From Flectonema sp. DT1601 (Eukaryota): a DNA stretch of 64,000 nucleotides. This document shows positions 36,037 to 44,062 of the stretch, piece after piece. The position numbers and the translations under genes were made by a program. The stretch spans positions 124,001 to 188,000 of the forward strand of contig OZ025798.1 of assembly GCA_964019425.1 (NCBI GenBank). Reading direction: 5' to 3'. How positions within the stretch are numbered: position 1 is the stretch's first letter; every line of letters begins with the position of its first letter. The notes under the pieces are model-generated. The model ran no database searches. It was not told the origin of the DNA and was given only the letters and a program-made list of their open reading frames with translations.

Positions 36037-38238
36037 TCAACACTTAGCAGCTTTGTGTCTGCGTCTTGTTACAGTCGAGTCACCGAGAACACCCAGAGCC
36101 TTTTTGAGCACATCTCTTTTCTGTTGCAACTCCAGGAATCTTATTTCTTCATAAGGAGCTACTGCCATGTAGTGAGCGATCTCTTCATCATCTAATCCAC
36201 GGAGATCACAAAAGTTCATATCTCTGGTTAAGATGTCATCAAGTTCTTGTGGAATAGTGTCAGCCATACGAACTGATGCTACTTCCCAGTAAGACTGAAG
36301 AGCTACTTGTAAGTCGTGAACTTGGCATTCATAGGCCGATTTATTTGACAAATTTTCTTCGAAAATCCTCCTCACGTCTTCCACAGTAGTTCCCTGTCGT
36401 TCAACACAACTCAGTACGCGGGATTTCAATAAGTCGCTTCGTCGCTTTCGGATGTTGTTTTCGAGAATTGAATTGTTAGTGTGAGGAAAGGTTTCCGTCT
36501 TCAGCTGTCTTTGCAATGCTTCATCGACGTCATCTTCGCGTTCATCGAATGCTGCCTTCATTTTTATTATAACTTTACAAAGGTTTTCGTGTTTATAAGT
36601 TACCTTTCCAATGATTTCATCAACTTCCTTACACACACAATTCTTGACCAACATGAACAATTTAGAAGTAAAGTGTTCTGCTACCTTGGATACCTTTTCT
36701 TTAATAAACCTCCCAACCCACTCGTTGAATACTTCTTCTGAAATGAAGATCGGAATGGATCGAGTTCGTGTGTGCTTCAGAAGTGGTATCATTAATTCAG
36801 TTGCATCAACTGAAAACTTATTTCTGTTTAATGTACAAATTGAACCATCAGATATCTGAATAACAAAACTCCCTGTCGACGATTCAAGCAGAGCATGTCC
36901 CCTCATACCAGTCTCTAATATGATGACACAACTTCCTGGAAATTGTCCTCCGCACTCTGACTCAGAGTTGGAGGTTCGCTTATCATCTGCCATTCCTACA
37001 GGTGGATGATTTGAATAATAAACATTGTCTTTTTTAAGAGATGGTATTGAAGAAATTATTTTTTTTGAACTGCAAAATAACAACGTGTCGTCGACTATCT
37101 TCAGGTTGCCAACTTCCGCTGCAAACTCCTCCTTCAATTCAGCTACAGCAAGCCGGAACTCACCTCTTTCCATCATTCCCTGGAGCGAACGGAATAGTTT
37201 CTCACCAATCGATTCGATACACGCACGTTTGTCTCTCGGAGTTTCGAGAACAGGAACATCTTCCAATTCAGAAAGTACCTCTTCGTAGCTGACGGTTATT
37301 TCTTTGACAATTTTTGGGAACTGTCGTTTGATAATCTGTTGCTGCATTCTCGACAACTTCTGCCTCAACATCTTTGTTCCTCTTTTCGTTGGGTGCACAC
37401 TCTTCGACCAGGGTAGTTTTGGGTCTTCGAAGAATTTGTCCTCGTTCGCAATCGACTTTCCGAGGGAGAGATTATTATTGACCTGCCTCTGAGAACGACA
37501 CTTCACAACATGAAATCCGTGAACGAACTTCTTCTTGTTGCCGTTAATCAAATCGATTACACTTCCTTCACAGTCATCTGGAATCAAGTCCGGCTTTGTT
37601 ACGACCACAAGTGTTCTCTCCTGAGTTGGATCAACTTTCTCTGCTTCAGCAAGAATTTGAGAATTATGGAAATCAATATTTCCAGGACAAACAGCTACGA
37701 TAACAGTCTGAGGGTTCTCTAAGTAATCAGTAATCAGTCGAGTAACTCCTTCAACAATATCTTTCGATTCTGAGTCACCTGCTACCTTAACGTAACCGGG
37801 CAAATCTACAAGAGTGAGGTCGCACAGATCTTTACTTTCGATTTTGATGTCGACGAGGTCGCGTGCTATTTCCCTCTTTGCTGCTGTCGTGGCACTCATA
37901 ATAAAATCCTGTGCCTTGGCAATTTCTTTAGTTACCTGACCTGGTTCAGTGCATTCGACGGCTTCGTACTTTTGAGGATCAGGAGAATGATCTTCACGTT
38001 TCCACACAATTCCAACAGAACCTTTGAACTCCCCTTCTGATTGTTTCATTACCAACCTCATTGGACATCTGGTAGTTAGCTCCGCACTGGATGGGAATTC
38101 GATACCACCCACAGCTGTCAACAAAGAAGACTTTCCAGCTGATGTGTCTCCCATGACAGCTATCTGAGGAAAGTCAATGTACTTCGCTACATCTGAACTG
38201 CTGAGCTCATCGATAAGTTGTTGAAGGTCTCGTTGCAT
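36037..38238 (-). CDS. Dynamin-superfamily Mx-like GTPase, paralog A (~733 aa)
   Basis: P-loop PQIAVMGDTSAGKSS, LTTRCP, LTLVDLPG, TKPD and a C-terminal GED-like YWEVASVRMADTIP. Likely start is MQRDLQQ after a pyrimidine-rich ttcattcag. Confidence 0.92.
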   Translation of the reverse strand: MQRDLQQLIDELSSSDVAKYIDFPQIAVMGDTSAGKSSLLTAVGGIEFPSSAELTTRCPMRLVMKQSEGEFKGSVGIVWKREDHSPDPQKYEAVECTEPGQVTKEIAKAQDFIMSATTAAKREIARDLVDIKIESKDLCDLTLVDLPGYVKVAGDSESKDIVEGVTRLITDYLENPQTVIVAVCPGNIDFHNSQILAEAEKVDPTQERTLVVVTKPDLIPDDCEGSVIDLINGNKKKFVHGFHVVKCRSQRQVNNNLSLGKSIANEDKFFEDPKLPWSKSVHPTKRGTKMLRQKLSRMQQQIIKRQFPKIVKEITVSYEEVLSELEDVPVLETPRDKRACIESIGEKLFRSLQGMMERGEFRLAVAELKEEFAAEVGNLKIVDDTLLFCSSKKIISSIPSLKKDNVYYSNHPPVGMADDKRTSNSESECGGQFPGSCVIILETGMRGHALLESSTGSFVIQISDGSICTLNRNKFSVDATELMIPLLKHTRTRSIPIFISEEVFNEWVGRFIKEKVSKVAEHFTSKLFMLVKNCVCKEVDEIIGKVTYKHENLCKVIIKMKAAFDEREDDVDEALQRQLKTETFPHTNNSILENNIRKRRSDLLKSRVLSCVERQGTTVEDVRRIFEENLSNKSAYECQVHDLQVALQSYWEVASVRMADTIPQELDDILTRDMNFCDLRGLDDEEIAHYMAVAPYEEIRFLELQQKRDVLKKALGVLGDSTVTRRRHKAAKC

Positions 38239-38702
38239 CTTTTGATAGTACTCACTGTCTGAATGAAAAATATTTATATCGTCGACATCGCATAACATTA
38301 CTAAAATATTTATATCGTCGACATCGCATAACATTACTAAAATAACGAGACAATGAAAGGTGTTGAGGTTAACATTAGAAGGTAGTATCATTAATTTTAG
38401 AACAGAAAAGTGAGAATAAGAAAAGTAGAGATTAATAAAAGAAAAGTATTCATTAGAAGGTAGTTAGTTAGTAGTTAGTATTAATAATTATCAGTCAATC
38501 AAAAAAAAGGGCAAAATTTCGTAGGACAACAAACAAGTTGGTTTCGGGCTAAGATTAAAAACAATCTTTCTTCGGATTGAGGTCAAGTATCATTAATTTT
38601 AGAACAGAAAAGTGAGAATAAGAAAAGTAGAGATTAGTAAAAGAAAAGTAAGTTTCCTAACATCAAAAGGGTAATAGAATATGTAGTTTCAGGAGCCTTA
38701 AT

Positions 38703-38741
38703 CTTATACTACTCGTCCCTTTTTGGGCCTTCATCAGTAAG
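38703..38741 (-). ncRNA. Degenerate minimal type I hammerhead ribozyme motif
   Basis: The minus strand reads ctta-CTGATGA-a-ggccc-aaaaa-gggac-GAGTAG-TA-taag. Stem I is ctta/taag, the CUGAUGA box is intact, stem II has one mismatch and the GAAA box is corrupted. Confidence 0.45.
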
Positions 38742-39853
38742 TTCTAAGGGACTTCATTCTATGTTGAAGTTGCTATCATTCTAAGATAAAAATCTTATCG
38801 GAGCTCGCCAGGATAGGGCTAGCAATGTTTATTTGCTTTTGTTCAGTTTGAATTTTAATTTTTGACGTCTAGTCGTTTCACAGTTACAGTCGAGTTCTTA
38901 GATGAGTCGTCATCCAATTTGCGTTTTACTTTATCTTCGCATACCATCAAGGGTCCTATTCGCAGGTGTCATTGTAACATCCATATCAGTCTGAGCTTTT
39001 AATGGTATCATATGGAAACTATATTCAACTATACATCTTGTCAAAACGATCGAAAGGCATTCTTCAATCCTTTGTGCCTTTAAGAATGTCACGGATGATC
39101 ATGGATTAAATGAGACTAGCGCAAATATATTTATGCAGAATAAGTGCTGCGGCTGTATCAGGATATTCGAAATCTGCTGGGTTAACGAAGTATTCGATTC
39201 TCCTGTTGAATTTAGTCAAGCAAGCCATGTTAAGTACTTGTAGCGAGAACCAACCATCTGGTGATGGTTTATGCTCTGAGTTGTTGAGTTCTACTTTAAG
39301 AGATTCTTCATAAAATCGCTGTTGGTAGTTTTGCAGAAAACTGAAGTTAATTCTATCGATATATAAATGATCTGCAATGAAGTTGAGCGATGCCCAACCG
39401 CATTCTCCACCGAGAAGACCTTCTCCTGATGTTTTATGTAGGGATGGTGGAAATCGTTTATCCAAGGAATGGCTTGTAGAGCCCGTATGGTTAATTGTAT
39501 CCTTTTCGATGCGTAATGGGACTTTGTGACTAAACTTCTCAAAAGTAAGGTTGATACGTATTCTCGACGTATTGCAGCTGCAGTATTACCATCATCAATG
39601 TGAGAGCTAATGAAGCGGAGGCATGCTGCTCTGATGTTGCTCCGGTTGAGTAATCTATATGTTACCGCTTCAAGTTCTTGTAAAAAATCTGCCTGATTGT
39701 TGCAAATTTTTAAAGCTCGCAAAATCATGGTAATTAAAGATACCTGAACCCATTGATTCTTGAGCTGCGGAATGCTGATGGGTAAACCTTGTTGGTGTAA
39801 TATGCCAACCCCTGACTTTGTCATTAACACTTAAACGAATCCATCGTTTATTT

Positions 39854-40570
39854 GTGCGACGGGAGGTTCTGGTGGGTGCCGTCGGACAGGGCGGACGATG
39901 ATTCGAGGGATCGGTGGCTTGGAGACGAGCTGTTATCGCGCTTCCTGGGGACGGAAGCGAGCGCCATAAGCAAGGCGTCAGCACGAGGTGTTTTCGTGCT
40001 GCTAACAGTTCTGGCGGAGAATATGCCAGAACGTTTTTACAATTTTTTGGTGGAGGTGTCGGCGTTGGACGGGCCGGCATCTCAAGGTAGTGTGCAGTTG
40101 TTTTCGCATCCGCCGTCGGGTCCAGTCGAGTTTTACGACGTGGACGGGGAGTTGGATGTGGTGATGAGTGACTACGTCACTACAGGGGAAGCCGACGAGG
40201 TGCTCCGCGGGTTGGCGGTGAGACATCAGAAGGCAGAGGAGGGACTGGGTGGGCTGATTCAGGCCACTCAGGAGTACGCTGTGGGGGCGGATCGCCGTTT
40301 GGCCGGCATGAAGGCAGAGACGGGGCACGCACTGCAGCAAGTAGCTCAGCGCCAGGGTTCGGTGGAAGAGGTGGTGCGTTCGCAAGTCGGAAGGTTGGAC
40401 CGGCAGCAACACCACCAAGATGTGTTGTTGGGGCAGCAGGATGAGCTGTCACGAAGACAACAGGGGCAACAGCAGCGGCATGAGGAAGAAGTCACCCGCC
40501 TCCGAAAACAGCTGGCAGACCAGCAAGCTATCACCAAGAGGAGTGCGGAGGAAATGGCAAGGCTTCGGTA
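39854..40570 (+). mobile_element. 717-bp GC-rich insertion in the RT, encoding a gag/ORF1-like coiled-coil fragment
   Basis: Flanked by a duplicated gtg (39854-39856 / 40571-40573). Removing it restores the in-frame RT (…IRIEITNKRW…). It carries a 239-codon Q/E-rich open frame in the opposite orientation. Confidence 0.7.
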
Positions 40571-41049
40571 GTGATCTCGATTCGGATACGAATTCCTATA
40601 TAAGAGACATCATCGATATTATTTGAAGTATCAGTGTAATCCATTGAGTATAGACTTGCTGGTGGAGGGTCACAACTCCAGGTGAGGAAGTCGTCGATGT
40701 ATCTACACGAGTGGACATGTTGCCGAGCTAAGTCTATCACTTCAGAAGACCCAACCATACTCACCAGCAGGGCATACAAGACTCCAGTACATGCGGCATA
40801 AGGAGAAGTACGAAAGACACACCCGCTTGCAACTGTACCCAAACGAGGGGGATATACTCCTGGAGTCTTGGAGTCGTAACTACACTGCAGATATTGCGGC
40901 AAGAAGCGATCGGCGCAGAGACATCCAACTAAGTCCTGAGTGAGTGACATAGTTGAAGCTCGCAGGTGCACAGGCAGAAGGGAAGCGGGTCGAAGTCACC
41001 AACTATATTTCGAAGGACAGTCCGACTTATTGATGGATTCACAGGTGAT

Positions 41050-41911
41050 CTGTCAGTTAAGGATCAGGGACAGTGTGTATCATGCTGGTCTTTCTCAACC
41101 ACCGGAGTAACCGAGTCTGCGTGGGCGATCGCCGGAAACGAGTTGCAGAGCCTGTCGGAGCAGAAGCTTGTGAGCTGCGACACCGGATCGCATGGATGCG
41201 GTGGAGGATGGCCGTACCAGGCGATCCAGTGGACTGCCGACAACGGAGCGGACACCGAAGCGTCGTACATGCACATACCTGCCGGGAAAGCGACCACCTT
41301 CGACTTCGGTACTAGGTGGTGGAGCGTTGTCGCCATCTGCGATAACACCGTGCTCAGCCCGTCCTGCGCTGTCGGAGCTTGCCGTTGTTGAAGCAGCAGA
41401 CCCTGCTGCTGTAGCGCCTGCTGCTGCAGTGCCTGCTGTTGTTGAGTCATCTGCTGTTGCTGTGCGTTCAGACTCTCCATACGTTTCGGGGACCGGGAAT
41501 GTTCCTGGTTGCCACGCCGGGAGCCCAGCTGAGGTGAAGGTGACCGGGTACTACAACGTGAACAGAACCGAAGAAGCGATGGCAGCGACTGTTGCGAAGT
41601 ACGGACCTGTGTCGATTGCCCTGGACGCGATGACCCAGATCTGGTGGCCATACAAGGGAGGAATTGTAAGCAACTGCTGCAACAAGCAAGCCGACCACGC
41701 TGTTCTCATCGTCGGGTACGGTATCGACAACGGACAGAAGTACTGGTTGATTAAGAACTCTGCAAACTGGGGAGAGAACGGTTACATCAGACTGGAGAGA
41801 GGAAGTGACCAGTGCGGTATTACTTCTGCCCCGGTTCAGGCACTTGTCCAGGGAGGAGTCACCCCGCCACCAAGACCACCACCATCGTCTGCTTGCCCTC
41901 CAGTGACCTGA
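41050..41911 (+). pseudogene. Papain-family (cathepsin L-like) cysteine protease, mature-domain fragment interrupted by an insertion
   Basis: VKDQGQCVSCWSFS, SLSEQKLVSCD, GCGGGWP, DHAVLIVGYG, YWLIKNSANWGENGY. No prodomain is visible, GADTEASY|PYVSG is split by 41269-41476, and the gene is antisense to the cluster. Confidence 0.85.
41269..41476 (-). mobile_element. ~208-bp insertion encoding a polyQ/coiled-coil fragment inside the cathepsin pseudogene
   Basis: The minus strand reads ESLNAQQQQMTQQQQALQQQALQQQGLLLQQRQAPTAQDGLSTVLSQMATTL. Removing it rejoins TCG TAC|CCA TAC (SY|PY). Confidence 0.6.
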
Positions 41912-42286
41912 CTTCTTGAAGCAGCAGCTTCCTCCTCACCCTCCGTCACATCGCTGCAGCATGATACTTCCTCTAGTGCCCGTCGTGCTCGTGGGATGAA
42001 GCTAACAACCGTTGCGTTCGTTGTCATCCTGCACCCCTCAAAGGGAGGTTATTCAGTGTTGTTGATAGTTCTTGGTCAACTGATGGAACCAGTGGCGTGA
42101 ATGCTGCCCTACTGATAACGTACAACATATTCCAGAGGCACACGGACTTCCAAAGGCTACCACACCAACGCAGGACCACCGACCTTCTTCAGATTGGCAA
42201 GAACCAAAATCAGGTAAGATGACAGTCAGTTTAAGGTCATAACTGCGCCGAACCCGTCAACATCAAAAGATAGTGACTGAGGCGTC

Positions 42287-42609
42287 AGTAGTCCCTGAAG
42301 TCCGCGTTCAGCCCGGCCTCGCATCCCGCACACTTGTAGATGTTGATGTAGATGTCGCACATCTTTATCGACGGGACGTCCGCGCACCAGAACCTCATGA
42401 ACGAACCCGCAATGTTCCATGGCGGGATGTAGGCGGAGTTCAGAACCTGGGACTCGGGGATGTGGAAGAACCTCGAACCAGCGGTTTCTGGGTCGATCCA
42501 TCCAGGCATGTTGTTGGACACCTGCCCGCCCCGAGAGAGATCGCACCAGCAGGTGTCGTACTGAGCCAGCGCCGCTTGCGGAGAAGATCATGGTTGCGAT
42601 GGCCTTCAT
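42287..42609 (-). pseudogene. Truncated, frameshifted gene for a secreted Cys-containing protein (with its upstream region to ~43580)
   Basis: MKAIATMIFSA /frameshift/ AALAQYDTCWCDLSRGGQVSNNMPGWIDPETAGSRF...KMCDIYINIYKCAGCEAGLNADFRD, ending abruptly at a copy of the local repeat. Codons are GC-rich. Confidence 0.6.
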
Positions 42610-44062
42610 TATTGATTTTTTTTTTTTTTTTGCATGAAAGAGCAAAACCTGTTTTGAGAAGGAAGGCGCGACAAAAACAGCAAACCACACGAGGCAAGAC
42701 AACAAAGACTGCTACAGAACATCGCCCGTGCAATGCGGGAACACCGTAAACGTACGTAACCAGCAGCGTACGGCGCCCGAGAATAGGAAAGGGAAAGGGA
42801 GGAAGGTGTGTGTGTTGTGTATCTGAAAAAAAGAGGCGAGAGGAAACCATTTGGCAAAAGAAAACGGTCGGTCCCAGAGGCGCGGCGCGGCGGCTCTCTA
42901 GTGAGCAGCCAGCCGCAAAAAGGAACAATAATAAAGATAACAAAGGCCTTGGCAAGAAAACGATTTTCTGATTTTTTTTTTTTTTTCTCCATAAGAACCG
43001 GCTTCCATTCCACACAGAGAAGACCGCCACCCTTCAGTCGAAAGATAGATGTCAAAACGGAGGTGAGGCGTTGCTTTCCCCCCCCCCTCGGTTCGCTGTT
43101 TCTTCTTTTGCTTTCCAGCCGCCGTGGGGGAAAAAAAGCAACTTGGAGCCTGCCGCGAACAACACAAAATAATTAAGAAAAGAGGTGAAAAGGCTTTGCG
43201 CGCCACGCAGCCAACACCAGGAAGACAAGAGGACCACAAGAACCGATCGAGGGGAAAAGAATGAAACGCGGAGAAAACCCTGGCAAGAGCTCGGTATCCA
43301 CCTCCACGGGGGGCCAAAAGTTGCCGACGAAGAAAAAGGACGGAATGGGTTTCAGCTCGCTTTTTCTCGAAAAGAACAAAAAAAATCTTCTTGCTGCCAT
43401 ATACATCTTTCTTTATAATACGACCACATGTGCCATTTGCCCAAACTCCACGAAAGAAAATAGAAAACCCCAGGAACAGTACCGAGGATCGTTCACCCCC
43501 AGTTGTCCAAAGCATTATAATTGTACTGTGGGCTTACCCAAAAGCTTTAGAAATGTACCACAAAAATTGGGCAGCACATAGCCATATCACTCAGCAAGAA
43601 ATGGAAACCAAAATCAGGTAAGATGACAGTCAGTTTAAGTTCATAACTGCACCGGACCCGTCAACATCAAAAGATAGCGACTGAGGCGTCTCAAAGAGAC
43701 AAAAAAAAAAGGTACGACAGACGAGACGATGAAATTAAGTGACGTAAAGCTCAAACCCTCTGAACAACAAGGCTCTTCGAAGTGTTACGTTCGCCAGTCT
43801 ACATCGACCTGGCTGAGTATTCAATTTGATTGAATTCCCGTCAAAGTATTAGTAAGAGAAACTATAGGGGATTTGAATGGACTTTTATTACGAAATCACA
43901 TCTATGTTTTATTATCGAAGACATGTTTTAAGAGCGAAAGAGAAATACGTAACGAACACCATCTGATTACGCACGAACACAAATAACGTGTGAGAACTAC
44001 TTAACGATGTGTGACATGGTTAAACCCACCGACACTGTTATTAAACTAAAAGTCAACGCTTG

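Larger units (their letters stand above)
38703..40750 (-). mobile_element. Decayed, 5'-truncated Penelope-like retroelement (RT core + thumb + Josephin-like domain + degenerate hammerhead)
   Basis: DLARQHVHSCRYIDDFLTW...VSYIGIRI continues after removal of 39854-40570 as TNKRWIRLSVNDK...RFTHQHS.../ILRALKICNNQADFLQELEAVTYRLLNR, a PLE-type thumb. It is followed by HQEK../GECGWASLNF...DGWFSLQVLNMA. Frameshifts and stops are present. Confidence 0.72.

Noticed and set aside
39852..40571. 239-aa plus-strand ORF as a standalone host gene, or the segment as a plus-strand GT-AG intron
   Set aside because: It has no ATG start and its borders coincide with an insertion in the RT. GT..AG excision is off by one base and on the wrong strand for the RT.
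42609..43621. Several 100-200 aa ORFs on both strands
   Set aside because: These are translations of low-complexity A/T-run-rich upstream/UTR sequence with no coding signal.
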